Position numbers and translations under genes: made by a program. From an uncultured Puniceicoccaceae bacterium (GTDB taxonomy: Bacteria > Verrucomicrobiota > Verrucomicrobiia > Opitutales > Oceanipulchritudinaceae), in NCBI GenBank assembly GCA_963933835.1, contig CAWVVV010000006.1:1-64000 (forward strand): 64,000 bases of DNA. The letters are read 5' to 3'. The notes below the pieces were generated by a model that saw nothing but the letters and a program-made list of their open reading frames with translations, did not search any database and was not told the DNA's origin. Below are positions 47,962-57,443 of this stretch, one piece after another. Positions within the stretch are counted from its first letter, which is position 1; each line of letters opens with the position of its first letter.

Positions 47962-49239
47962 TCAGATCTTCTTGAGCCCGCTCGTCAGGACATCGATCGC
48001 TTTGTCGATATCGGCGTCGGTATGGGCTGCTGAGAGGAAGCAGGTTTCGTAAGCGCTAGGTGGCAAGTAGACACCGTGTTCGAGGGCGTAGTGGAAAAGG
48101 GGCTTAAAGTGGTCGGTCTTACTCGCGACGGCGTCGTCGTAGTTGCGCACCGTTTCTTCGGCAAAGAAGAGGGCAAACATCGAGCCAGTCTGCGGGACTT
48201 GAAGCGGTAGGCCTTTTTCGGCGGCTGTGGTGCGGAGAGCTTCGGCGATGCGGCGACCTTTGGCGTCGAGGTCGTCAAAGGGATCGAGGGCTTCGAGCTC
48301 GTTGAGGGCGGCAAGGCCAGCGGCCATCGCGAGGGGATTGCCGGAAAGAGTGCCTGCTTGGTAGACGGGGCCAAGCGGGGCGAGGTAGTCCATGATATCG
48401 GCGCGGCCACCAAAAGCGCCGACGGGGAGTCCTCCGCCGATGACTTTTCCCATCGCGGTGAGGTCGGGACGGAGGTTTTCGATCGATTGTACTCCGCCAA
48501 GAGCGAGGCGGAAGCCGGTCATGACTTCGTCGTAGATGAGAACAGTGCGGTGGGCGTCACAGAGCTTTCGAAGGTGCGCGAGAAAGCCGGGGTCTGGCAG
48601 GATCAAGCCGCAGTTCGCGGGGTAGCTCTCGACGATGAGGGCGGCGAGTTCTGGGCCGTGCTCAGCAAACGCGGCATCGAGGGCGGCGGTATCATTGTAA
48701 GGGAGGACGATGGTGAGGGCTGCGAGCTCTTCCGGAATGCCCGCGCTGTCGGGGTTGCCCAGAGTGAGTGCACCCGAACCAGCTTTGACCAAGAGCGAGT
48801 CGACGTGACCGTGATAGCAACCGGCAAACTTGATCACCTTTTTCCGCCCGGTAAAACCGCGAGCGAGGCGTATGCAGCTAAGGCAGGCTTCAGTGCCACT
48901 GTTTACAAAGCGGATTTTTTCAACGCTTTCGACGAACTCGACGACTTTCTCGGCGATCTCGACTTCGGTCGAATTGGGGGTGCCAAAACTGGTTCCTTTG
49001 AGCGCCGCGGCTGCAACTGCTTCGTGAATTTTCGGGTGGTTGTGTCCGAGGATTGCCGGACCCCATGTGCAGACAAAGTCGAGAAGCTCGTCACCGTCGG
49101 CGGTCGTAAGGCGCGCACCATCAGCGCTTGCGGTAAAGAAAGGAGAACCGCCGACACTACGAAAGGCGCGCACAGGGCTGTTGACGCCACCGGGCATAAT
49201 CTTTTTTGCCCGCTCGAAAAGGTCCGATGAAGTGCTCAT
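47962..49239 (-). CDS. hemL: Glutamate-1-semialdehyde 2,1-aminomutase
   Basis: [44 protein letters not shown] and [10 protein letters not shown] motifs. Confidence 0.96.
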   Translation of the reverse strand: MSTSSDLFERAKKIMPGGVNSPVRAFRSVGGSPFFTASADGARLTTADGDELLDFVCTWGPAILGHNHPKIHEAVAAAALKGTSFGTPNSTEVEIAEKVVEFVESVEKIRFVNSGTEACLSCIRLARGFTGRKKVIKFAGCYHGHVDSLLVKAGSGALTLGNPDSAGIPEELAALTIVLPYNDTAALDAAFAEHGPELAALIVESYPANCGLILPDPGFLAHLRKLCDAHRTVLIYDEVMTGFRLALGGVQSIENLRPDLTAMGKVIGGGLPVGAFGGRADIMDYLAPLGPVYQAGTLSGNPLAMAAGLAALNELEALDPFDDLDAKGRRIAEALRTTAAEKGLPLQVPQTGSMFALFFAEETVRNYDDAVASKTDHFKPLFHYALEHGVYLPPSAYETCFLSAAHTDADIDKAIDVLTSGLKKI

Positions 49240-49287
49240 AGCTCAAAGAATGCTGGATGGGATGCAGGAGGAAAGGGGGAAAGTGGC

Positions 49288-49313
49288 GAATGATGAATTT
49301 TGAGTGGTGAATG
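49288..49313 (-). repeat. Heptamer-based repeat, right arm of the inverted pair flanking hemL
   Basis: Reverse complement CATTCACCACTCAAAATTCATCATTC, 25/26 identical to the left arm. Confidence 0.7.
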
Positions 49314-49353
49314 AGTGCTCGTATCTTGTTTCTCGAAGCGCCCAGCTTTTCGT

Positions 49354-50832
49354 CTAGCGCAGCAACTGGGCTTCGAGTTCTGGCTGAAGAGCTTTGGCGG
49401 TGGCGGGGCGGAACTGATCGCCGATCGGGAGGATGGCACCGATCGTGAGGTCGTTGATGAGGATGCCGCGTTGCGATTCGACCATGATGCCGAGGAGCTC
49501 TCCGGACTGCGCAAAGATGTAGTCACCACGATTGGGTTGGAACTCACCCGTCAGCTGGTTGATGAGATTGCGATCAACTCCGACATACCCCTCTCCGCCC
49601 GGAAGAAGACGGAAGTCAGTGAGGCCATAGGCTCCGAGGGTGTGGGAGATGAGAACGGCCTGCTGAAACCGAAAAGGTTCCGTGCTCAGACTGAAGGTTT
49701 CACTCAGGAGCGCGGGATCACGCGTTGGCATGAGTTCGATGACGATGAGGCGCGGGTCGGCGGCAAGGAAGCTGAGGCGAGTGATGGGGAGACGGCGCCC
49801 ATTGTTCATGATCGATCCATCGATGCCGACGACTTGATCCAAATTGTTAATACGGAAGGGTGCCCGTGACTCTTCGAAGATAATGTAGCGTTTCCCATTC
49901 GAGTTGATCGCAACGGCGTCGAGGGTAGCGGTTTGTGATCGAGTGCCGAGAAGCCCGCTGATGTCGGCCGTCATTGAAATATTGATACGGTTTTGTTCGT
50001 AACGGCGAAAGATCTCGTTCGAGGAGATGGGCTGGTTGGCTTTGATCTCGGCTTGAATGGCTTCGGAGCTTTGGGCGATTTTCGTCAGATCGGTAGCGAG
50101 TTGGCTTGCGCGGCGTTCGGCTTCGGTGCGTTCGGCGCGGGTTTGGCTCAATTCATCGCGAGTAAATTGCAGGCTTTTGTCGAGCTGAGCACGTTCGGAT
50201 TGAGCGACTTCGAGGGAGGTCGCAAGAGAGGCGCGTTCCTCGGCGAGCCGGGTGGCTTCAGCTTGAGCTTCGTTGATGGCGGCTTGGGCGGCGTGCAGCT
50301 CGGCTTGTTGGGCGTCGAGGGAGGCCTTTAGCGCAGCGGTCTCAGCCGTTTGGTTTGCGAGATTCTCAGTCAGCGTTGTTTTTTCCTCGGCTAAAGCGGA
50401 CCGCTCAGCGGCAAGGCGTTCACGCTCGCGGGCGGTGAGTTCGAGTTCCTCGCTGGTCGATTCCAGGGTGCTACGCGTTTCTGAGAGGGTAATGCTGGTC
50501 TCGGCTTTTTCGCGGGCGAGGCGTTCACGTTCTTTCTCAAGCTCAGATTTTTCTTCGATGAGATTTTCCTTCTCAGCGCTAAGCTTTGATCGCGCGGATT
50601 CCGTTAGTGTGAGGTTGGCGGCGAGTTCGGTGCGTTCTTCCTCAAGTTGGGCTCGTTTGATGGCTTCGATTTCGAGGGAGTTTTGAAGCAACTCCATGAG
50701 GTCTTCCGAAACGCCTTCCTCGATCTCAGCGGCAATGACCGGATCGGTCGTGGGCGCAGGATCGAACTTCACCAGCGCGAGCACGCTGATGAGGAGAAAG
50801 TCGCAAATGATGAGAAGGAGCGATTTATTCAT
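49354..50832 (-). CDS. Single-TM (Asp-containing) protein with long coiled coil and C-terminal trypsin-like segment
   Basis: MNKSLLLIICDFLLISVLAL; about 220-aa E/A/R/L-rich coiled coil; C-terminal RGDYIFAQSGELLGIMV. Confidence 0.7.
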   Translation of the reverse strand: MNKSLLLIICDFLLISVLALVKFDPAPTTDPVIAAEIEEGVSEDLMELLQNSLEIEAIKRAQLEEERTELAANLTLTESARSKLSAEKENLIEEKSELEKERERLAREKAETSITLSETRSTLESTSEELELTARERERLAAERSALAEEKTTLTENLANQTAETAALKASLDAQQAELHAAQAAINEAQAEATRLAEERASLATSLEVAQSERAQLDKSLQFTRDELSQTRAERTEAERRASQLATDLTKIAQSSEAIQAEIKANQPISSNEIFRRYEQNRINISMTADISGLLGTRSQTATLDAVAINSNGKRYIIFEESRAPFRINNLDQVVGIDGSIMNNGRRLPITRLSFLAADPRLIVIELMPTRDPALLSETFSLSTEPFRFQQAVLISHTLGAYGLTDFRLLPGGEGYVGVDRNLINQLTGEFQPNRGDYIFAQSGELLGIMVESQRGILINDLTIGAILPIGDQFRPATAKALQPELEAQLLR

Positions 50833-52394
50833 CGCGAAGGAGCGTGGGCGTCGGCTGCGACGATGAGGCGACGGCGATAAGGGCGGAGGAATCCAATCTT
50901 GAGCACAGCGACAAAGACGATGCCAAAGAGGGTGGATGCGTAGGCTGCCATAAGGGACGCATCGATGAATTCGAGCACAACCATGACGAGAGAACTCACC
51001 GTGCCACCGAGGCCGACGTAGAGCCCGAGATCAAAGACGATTCCCTGAAGGACGAGGAAGAGGAGAAGGACGAGGATGGTGACTTGATCAAACATGGTAG
51101 AAGTGGTGTCTGGGCTGAGCCCCTCGGGGAGGACGCTTGCTATTTGGATGCGGAGTTGCCCGTTTTCGTTCGGAGCAAAATCGAGAAGGGTTGGTTCGGA
51201 AAGAATCCAGATGAGGGCGGCGAAGCCTACGCCCGCGGAGGCGTGAAAGAGGTGGACGAGTCGACCGCTTGGGATGCGGGTGTCGGCTTTGAGCCCTATA
51301 CTGAGAATGGCCCCGAGGGAGAGGGTGAGAAAAAAGCCGGCTAAACAGAGAGCGCCGCCCTTGATCGCTTTGGCGAGTGTGGTCTGGCTCTCAGCAAAGT
51401 TTTTGAGCTCTTGCTGGGATTCTTCGAGGAAATTGAATTGGAGGTAACTAGGAGCAGCGTAGAGGGGCTGAAAAAAGTGGAGCATGGCCATGGCAGCGCC
51501 TTCTCCTTCTGAGTTTGCGAGTTTCATAACCACCCATGCGTCGTCACCGCGCTCGATGGCATAGGTAGCAACAGCAGCGGGTTGTCTAGTGAGTAGGCTG
51601 GCGGTGTAGAGCTGGGTAAAGTGATCCTCGGCGAGTTGGGCTGCTGAGTGCATCGCTCGCAGTGCTTCGAGGTCGGGAAGCATTTTTAGAAGTGTCGTCA
51701 GTTGAGACCAGTTGGTGCGGCTGGCTAGGGTCAGGAGCGCGGTGTAAGTGTCTTCGAGGGGTTTGATCTGTGCCGGATCCTTGAGTGCCGCCGTGCTCAT
51801 ATCGAGCAATTCGCGGTCGATCACGTCAGCCCAGACGGCTTCTTCCGCAAGCAGCGCAATCGTGAGGATGATGGCTTCAAGTGGTTGGCCTGCGTCCGAG
51901 CTCACGGGAAGAAATGTTTCGTAGCTTTGAAGTGAGGCGGTGCGAAGGAGGAATTTGACAGTGGGCTTGTCGGACAGCCTGAGGGCCTTTTTTAAAGCAG
52001 CTCGCCGGTCACGAGGGAGTAGGAGAGAGACGGTGTTTGAGCTCTTAGATGCGTCGATGGTGAATGGTTCCATGACGGCGCTGAGCAGTGAGGCCGGGCC
52101 TCCATAGACAGCAAGGAGCGGGCGATTAGCTTCAATCGCTGCTATCGTCATATCTAAATTCAACTTCGCTGGTGAATCGAGAAGGGACGCGAGGATAAGT
52201 TTGGCGGGGCCTATCTGGCCGACATCGAGGTAGTCACCTGCGAGCGATTCCGCACTGGGAGTTCCCTCAGCCGCTTCGCTGAGAATGAGAGGCGACACGG
52301 AGCGGAAATGGATGGGCACACTCAATCCGGCCCACGCAAAGAGGAGGGCGGCGACACCGTAGGCGAGAGCTCTCAGAAGTGGCCGAATGCGCAT
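50829..52394 (-). CDS. Membrane protein with C-terminal MotA/TolQ/ExbB-like proton-channel segment
   Basis: C-terminal GLYVGLGGTVSSL...SLMAAYASTLFGI matches the GLxGTV...AxxxTxxG channel signature. Large N-terminal soluble helical domain. Its stop overlaps the partner start (ATGA). Confidence 0.65.
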   Translation of the reverse strand: MRIRPLLRALAYGVAALLFAWAGLSVPIHFRSVSPLILSEAAEGTPSAESLAGDYLDVGQIGPAKLILASLLDSPAKLNLDMTIAAIEANRPLLAVYGGPASLLSAVMEPFTIDASKSSNTVSLLLPRDRRAALKKALRLSDKPTVKFLLRTASLQSYETFLPVSSDAGQPLEAIILTIALLAEEAVWADVIDRELLDMSTAALKDPAQIKPLEDTYTALLTLASRTNWSQLTTLLKMLPDLEALRAMHSAAQLAEDHFTQLYTASLLTRQPAAVATYAIERGDDAWVVMKLANSEGEGAAMAMLHFFQPLYAAPSYLQFNFLEESQQELKNFAESQTTLAKAIKGGALCLAGFFLTLSLGAILSIGLKADTRIPSGRLVHLFHASAGVGFAALIWILSEPTLLDFAPNENGQLRIQIASVLPEGLSPDTTSTMFDQVTILVLLLFLVLQGIVFDLGLYVGLGGTVSSLVMVVLEFIDASLMAAYASTLFGIVFVAVLKIGFLRPYRRRLIVAADAHAPSR

Positions 52395-52510
52395 TGTCTC
52401 GAATTTGTAATGATTTGGTGCCTTTTGCAATAGCCACAACGAGTGGCGCACCGCTTAAGCTTCCACGAAATACCCTTTACAGTTTTCATGCGTGGCAATG
52501 TTTTTGGCAG

Positions 52511-53074
52511 ATGGTTCTACGCGTGACTCAGTATGGTGAGGACGTGCTCCGTCAAAAAGGGGAGCGTGTGACGGTCTATGATGAAGGCCTTGTCAAACTG
52601 GCCGACGACATGGTCGAGACGATGTATGAGTCTGAGGGTATCGGTCTCGCCGCCCAGCAGATCGGCATCGCGATTCAGCTCTGTGTCATTGATATCGCGG
52701 ACATGGATCCTGGGCTCCTGCACTATGAGTTTGATGGCAAGCGTCCACCGATCGATCTGATTATGCCTATGGCCTTAGTGAATCCGGTGGTGCGTGTCAT
52801 TGAAGGGAAGACGTCAACGGAGGAAGAAGGGTGTCTATCGTTTCCAAATGTGCGCGGCGATGTTTCCCGAGGAGACGAGATCGAAGTAACTTTCCAAGAC
52901 CTAGATGGCGCTTTCCATAATTTGAAGACGCGTGGGTGGTATGCTCGGGTGGTGCAACATGAAGTCGATCACCTCAACGGGGTTCTCTTCATTGACCACA
53001 TGGAAACGCGAGAGCTGCGGCAGCTCGACTCCAAGATTAAGAAGATTCGCCGCGCATCCAAAAAACTCAAATGA
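52511..53074 (+). CDS. def: Peptide deformylase
   Basis: GIGLAAQQIG, EGCLS and QHEVDHLNG motifs. Confidence 0.96.
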   Translation: MVLRVTQYGEDVLRQKGERVTVYDEGLVKLADDMVETMYESEGIGLAAQQIGIAIQLCVIDIADMDPGLLHYEFDGKRPPIDLIMPMALVNPVVRVIEGKTSTEEEGCLSFPNVRGDVSRGDEIEVTFQDLDGAFHNLKTRGWYARVVQHEVDHLNGVLFIDHMETRELRQLDSKIKKIRRASKKLK

Positions 53075-53460
53075 TCCGCCAAACTCGGCAACGGGAGGCG
53101 ATCTCGCAGGCGCTCAAGGCCGCCCAACGCCCTCTCACTCCTCAAGAGCTCCATGGTCTGGCCGTAGAGACTCTTCCAAGCCTTGGGCTTAGAACTGTAT
53201 ACAGGCAGATTCGGGAACTTGTTGCCGCCGGTGAAATTGTCGGCATCGACTATCCAGGGCAGCCCCTGCGTTATGAAGCGGTCACGGGTGAACACCGAGC
53301 CCACTATATTTGCCGGGATTGCGATCGTATCTTTTCCTTCCCGCAAAATGTGCCGGACGTAGACATAGCGCCCCTGAGTAATTTCGAGGTCAGTGGGCAA
53401 GAAACGATCTTTTATGGTCGCGGCCGTGGGCTTTGCTCTAAGTGCGGGCTTGATGAGTAG
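53071..53460 (+). CDS. Fur family transcriptional regulator
   Basis: RQTRQREAI, SLGLRTVYR and H.AHYICRDC...GLCSKC motifs. Confidence 0.88.
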   Translation: MIRQTRQREAISQALKAAQRPLTPQELHGLAVETLPSLGLRTVYRQIRELVAAGEIVGIDYPGQPLRYEAVTGEHRAHYICRDCDRIFSFPQNVPDVDIAPLSNFEVSGQETIFYGRGRGLCSKCGLDE

Positions 53461-53548
53461 ATCAGGCTTCGGCACTTCGAACTAAGGCTTCGAGTGTATT
53501 CATGATGCCACTACGTGAGCTCATTGCGTGATGCAGGGTTCTGTATTT

Positions 53549-53569
53549 GTTTATAACAATTTTATAAAC
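53549..53569. promoter_or_regulatory. AT-rich palindrome, putative regulator binding site
   Basis: GTTTATAA-CAATT-TTATAAAC, nested within GATGCAG...CTGCATC. Confidence 0.4.
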
Positions 53570-53794
53570 GCTTCTGCATCTGTCATTGGTTGTTCATTAC
53601 GAACTATTTACGTTGTGCATTTTACATCTTTTTGTAGGTGTTTTTTCTCGACGAGTACGCAAAAATACTTATCCATTTAAATCATCAAAAGCCACTACAG
53701 GCTGCTGATCGATCCCGTAGAAAGGTGAGAGACTCTTACGGATGGAACAAAGAGAGAAACAAGTAACCGCAAATTTTTGAGAGAAAACTGTCTA

Positions 53795-54415
53795 ATGAAT
53801 ACTAAAACCATTTCCGCCCTCGCAGCGTTCACAATCGCATCGATGCTCCAAGCTGAGCTCTTCGTTGATACCCTTGCTGCAACTGATTTAACTGGCGATA
53901 GCGCACTTTTAAACATGACTGTGTCGGGCGATGTCCCAGGAACACGGTTTGTTGCTCAGATGTTCGACTTTGGGATTTCCTCGGGAAGTCTTAATCAGCA
54001 TGTGAGCGGATACGACTACGGTAAATCACTCGTCTTCGATCCTATTGCTGGTGAAAACGTCATCATCGAGTCTTACAATGTTCGTGATCGCGACGCTGTC
54101 TTTGAAGTGATCGACGTGAACACGCTCTATAACTTTCAAACCTTGCAGCAAATGAGTGCATCAGCACCGCTGACACTCAATCTTTGGAATCTCCCACCGG
54201 AAACAACCTACTACGTTCAAGCCTCGGCAATGGAAATAGCTACGGGGATTGTTTATCTGGGTGATGAACTCAGCTTCACGACGCCGTCGTATGCAGATGG
54301 CGGATTTGGCATCCAATTTGGAAGCGGCGGGTCGATTCCTGAGCCTTCATCAATTGGACTCTGGATTGGCTTGGGGATGATCGGGATGATCGCTCGCCGC
54401 CGTCAGCGCCGCTAA
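53795..54415 (+). CDS. PEP-CTERM sorting-domain surface protein
   Basis: Signal peptide; FN3-like LPPETTYYVQA...SFTT; C-terminal IPEPSS + TM + RRRQRR. Confidence 0.88.
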   Translation: MNTKTISALAAFTIASMLQAELFVDTLAATDLTGDSALLNMTVSGDVPGTRFVAQMFDFGISSGSLNQHVSGYDYGKSLVFDPIAGENVIIESYNVRDRDAVFEVIDVNTLYNFQTLQQMSASAPLTLNLWNLPPETTYYVQASAMEIATGIVYLGDELSFTTPSYADGGFGIQFGSGGSIPEPSSIGLWIGLGMIGMIARRRQRR

Positions 54416-54469
54416 AACTTTTCTGAACCGACTATTCTTCTCGGAAAAAGCAGTACTCTCATCTCTTAG

Positions 54470-54931
54470 TTATTGGTATACTACGCTCAGGCGATAACCG
54501 GAATTTCCGGTTATCGCCTGAAGTGTTTTTTCAGCCTCACGCATCGCGGAACGATCATTTTCAGAGCGGTCATCAAGCCCTGCGAGATGAAGCCAGCCGT
54601 GAAGAAGGTAGAGTGTGAGCTCTTCGGGAAAAGTGGTCCCATAGTCAGGGGCTTGTGATGCTGCGTGGGCCGGACAGATCGCAAGGTCGCCGGCATATTT
54701 GTCTTCGACGTCTCCGGGAAAGGTCATCACATCAGTGATCGAGGGATCATTGAAGAAGGTAGCATGAAGCTCGCTGCAGCGCTCTTTGGTAACAAAAGCG
54801 ACCGAAAGGTCACCGCTTGGAAGGGTCCACTGGGTGACCTCAGCATCTAGAAAGTGGAGAAGCTTTTCAACCGATTCGACATCGATGGCTAAGGCGTCGT
54901 CTTCGACTAAAACTTCAATTTGACGGAGCAT
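54470..54931 (-). CDS. ybeY: rRNA maturation endoribonuclease YbeY
   Basis: TDVMTFP, GDLAIC and HGWLHLAGLDD motifs. Confidence 0.9.
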   Translation of the reverse strand: MLRQIEVLVEDDALAIDVESVEKLLHFLDAEVTQWTLPSGDLSVAFVTKERCSELHATFFNDPSITDVMTFPGDVEDKYAGDLAICPAHAASQAPDYGTTFPEELTLYLLHGWLHLAGLDDRSENDRSAMREAEKTLQAITGNSGYRLSVVYQ

Positions 54932-57422
54932 CGCTCGACTTGGATTCTTCGGCCGCCGTTTTTTCTTTCTTTGCACCGTCTTCTTCCAGTGCTGGGTCCA
55001 GTCGTTCGCCGAGTTCCGCAAATGGCGCGCGGCTCCCCTTCTTGTTGCGACGTTCCTTGCGCGTCGCTGCTTCGATGGCCTCCTCCTTTGGATATTCAAT
55101 CCTAGCGTGGAGCATATTTAGGAGAGTGAAAGAGAAGCTCTCTTGGATTTTAGATAGCTGCTGGAAGGTGAGTGGAGATTCGTCAAGTTGTCCGTCTTCA
55201 ATCCGCGAGCGGAAGATTTTCTCAATCAATTCATCGATCGATTGAGGGGTGACCTTTGGGAGACTACGTCCAGCGGCTTCAACGGAGTCAGCGAGCATGA
55301 TGAGGGCGCTTTCGGTGAACTGCGGGCGGGGTCCTTCGTAGCGATAGGTAGCTTCGTTGACCTTATCGAGTTCGATGCTTGGGACTAGTTGGTTATCGTG
55401 GATGCCATCGGTTTTAGCGAGGCGATTTCGTTCCAGGGCCTTGTAGTAGAAATACTGAATAAGACTTGTTCCATGGTGCTGATTGATCGCGTCGATGACG
55501 ATCTTTGGAAGCTTATACTCTTTCGCGAGAACGGCGCCTTCTTTGACGTGACTCTTGATCACGAGTGCACTCATAGAAGGGTTGCGCTCGATGTGTGGAT
55601 TGTATCCGTCTCGCTGATTTTCGGTAAAGTATTCGGGTTTAACGAGTTTTCCGATGTCGTGAAAAAGCGAACAAACGCGGCACACAAGTGGGTTTGCCCC
55701 GATTGCTGCAGCCCCATTCTCCGACAGATTTGCTACCATCAAACTGTGGTGGTAAGAACCGGGCGCTTCGACTTGAAGACGGCGGAGGAGTGGGTGGTTG
55801 AAATCGGTGAGCTCAAGGAGCGTTATATCGGTCGTCGTCTTAAAAAGTCCTTCCCAGATGGGGAGGAAACCGATCAGCGCGATACCGGTGAGGGTGCCGA
55901 TGCCGATCGCGGTGAGCATTTGATAGATCACTGTGAGTGGCTCCATCGAATCTCTTAATCCGAACAAGGCAGCGCTAAGGGCCATAACCATTCCACTGAA
56001 AAGCCCGGCACGAACGACGCGTGTGCGAACCTTGAGGTTACGACTAAAGACGATCCCGAGGAGGGAGACACTGAACGAGGCGACACAGATACTGATCGAG
56101 TTGCCCTGCATTAGGCCATTGAGCAGAGCAAGGAGCGCGGCACATATCACGCCCGAACCGACTCCGAGGAGCATCGAAATGAGCATCGGCGCGAGCGCGA
56201 CTGGAAGAAGGTAAGGGATGAGCGCTAGCAGGATTGGGTTCCGCTGGGCTGTCTCCGTCCCGCCGACTTCGATGATCAGTCGGTAGATGAAAAGGTTTAA
56301 GAGGAGTGCACTGCCGGCGAGGAGGATCGTTCGACGATTTGCGGTGAGTCGCACGCCACTAAGCTTTAAGTAAATTAGAAGGCAGAAAATAAAAGACAGC
56401 GTCAGGATGGTGCGCTCACGGAAGAGCGCATCAAAACCGAAAGTAGCGGATTCACTTTGCTGCAGAATACTCTGGTAGGCGCTTAGTTTTTCTAGGGCGG
56501 CCTGATTTACCTTCGCGTTTGGCTCTACAATCGTCGTGCCTTCATCGACAGAGATGATGACGGGTTGCACTTCACTTATGTATTTTTGTTGGAGGGCCTG
56601 AGTGCGCTCTTCATCAAAGTTTAGATTTGGTTGAAGGCCTTCGCGGAAGATACGGAAAAGCGCGATCGACGACTCACGTGGAATGTCAAAGGCGGCGAGC
56701 TGGATGCGGAGGCTGCGAAGGGCTTCTTCCTCAGTGATAAGGTTTACCTCTTCAATCTCTCCCGCATTGTTTTGGATTTGAAAAATCCGAAGGTTTTGCG
56801 TCGGTAGTGTCCTGACGGAGTCTTCGGGATAGATCCCAGTTCGATAGAGGCGGTCAAGCTCAAGGAGGCCTTCGCGGAGTGTGTTCTCTCGGATTGCCCG
56901 CGGGAGTTGATTAAAAATTACGACAAGATCTGAAACGCGTAGTCCGTAAGGATTTTCCGCCGCGTAGTCTTGGAAAAACAACCTGAGTTCCTCGGCCCGC
57001 AAGGCATAGCGACTGCGTTCCGCGCCATCTGGGATATCGGCGAACTCAGTCAGGTTCTTATGGAGGTCGAGTAAGTAGGAGCGAAAGTCTTCCGCGGTAG
57101 ACTGATCGAGCGTGTAGACAGGGGGAGCTGTGGCGGCCCTTTTTGCCCGGGCGCGCTGAGTTTCGATGTCGCTTTGGTAATTGAAGGGAACTTCGGCAAT
57201 GACCCGTACGCGGGAGACCTGTCCTTTCTGAAGGAGGGGGCTTGCGGGAGAGAGGCCGAAAAAGGCTAGGAAGCTGATCGAGATGCCGAAGACGCCAAAA
57301 AGAAAAGCATTCACCCAGAGCGAAGGCTCGAACTTACGCCGAGCGACTTCTCCTAGGACACTCTCGCGCTTGCGTCGTGTTGCGACGACGGTGTCCTTGC
57401 GAGATTTGCGGTTGTTTGCCAT
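54915..57422 (-). CDS. 7TM-HD (HDIG) phosphohydrolase, PgpH-like
   Basis: Extracytoplasmic domain, about 7 TM, APGSYHHS, FHDIGK..PEYFTENQ, HHGT and MLADSVEAA motifs. Confidence 0.9.
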   Translation of the reverse strand: MANNRKSRKDTVVATRRKRESVLGEVARRKFEPSLWVNAFLFGVFGISISFLAFFGLSPASPLLQKGQVSRVRVIAEVPFNYQSDIETQRARAKRAATAPPVYTLDQSTAEDFRSYLLDLHKNLTEFADIPDGAERSRYALRAEELRLFFQDYAAENPYGLRVSDLVVIFNQLPRAIRENTLREGLLELDRLYRTGIYPEDSVRTLPTQNLRIFQIQNNAGEIEEVNLITEEEALRSLRIQLAAFDIPRESSIALFRIFREGLQPNLNFDEERTQALQQKYISEVQPVIISVDEGTTIVEPNAKVNQAALEKLSAYQSILQQSESATFGFDALFRERTILTLSFIFCLLIYLKLSGVRLTANRRTILLAGSALLLNLFIYRLIIEVGGTETAQRNPILLALIPYLLPVALAPMLISMLLGVGSGVICAALLALLNGLMQGNSISICVASFSVSLLGIVFSRNLKVRTRVVRAGLFSGMVMALSAALFGLRDSMEPLTVIYQMLTAIGIGTLTGIALIGFLPIWEGLFKTTTDITLLELTDFNHPLLRRLQVEAPGSYHHSLMVANLSENGAAAIGANPLVCRVCSLFHDIGKLVKPEYFTENQRDGYNPHIERNPSMSALVIKSHVKEGAVLAKEYKLPKIVIDAINQHHGTSLIQYFYYKALERNRLAKTDGIHDNQLVPSIELDKVNEATYRYEGPRPQFTESALIMLADSVEAAGRSLPKVTPQSIDELIEKIFRSRIEDGQLDESPLTFQQLSKIQESFSFTLLNMLHARIEYPKEEAIEAATRKERRNKKGSRAPFAELGERLDPALEEDGAKKEKTAAEESKSSDAPSN

Positions 57423-57443
57423 AGTGGTTTTTGAGGGGGTGCC

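Noticed and set aside
49354..52394. Zorya anti-phage system
   Set aside because: The B subunit lacks an OmpA-like domain, there are no zorC/D/E genes nearby, and the context is housekeeping. It is kept as an unassigned motor-like pair.
53591..53605. TGTTC-ATTAC-GAACT as a LexA box
   Set aside because: The spacer is 5 rather than 4 nt, one half-site is imperfect, and the downstream gene is not SOS-like.
53700..53790. Resemblance to the 5' half of a c-di-AMP (ydaO) riboswitch (GCTGA..ATCC..GAAAGG..TACGGA.GGAAC), tempting because a PgpH-like gene is nearby
   Set aside because: The conserved 3' half (CCCG.CAGCTAAC.CCG) is absent and there is no room for it before the start codon.
54560..54600. 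YbeY third metal ligand is Asp (HGWLHLAGLDD) instead of His
   Set aside because: A common natural variant in several phyla, so not evidence of inactivation.
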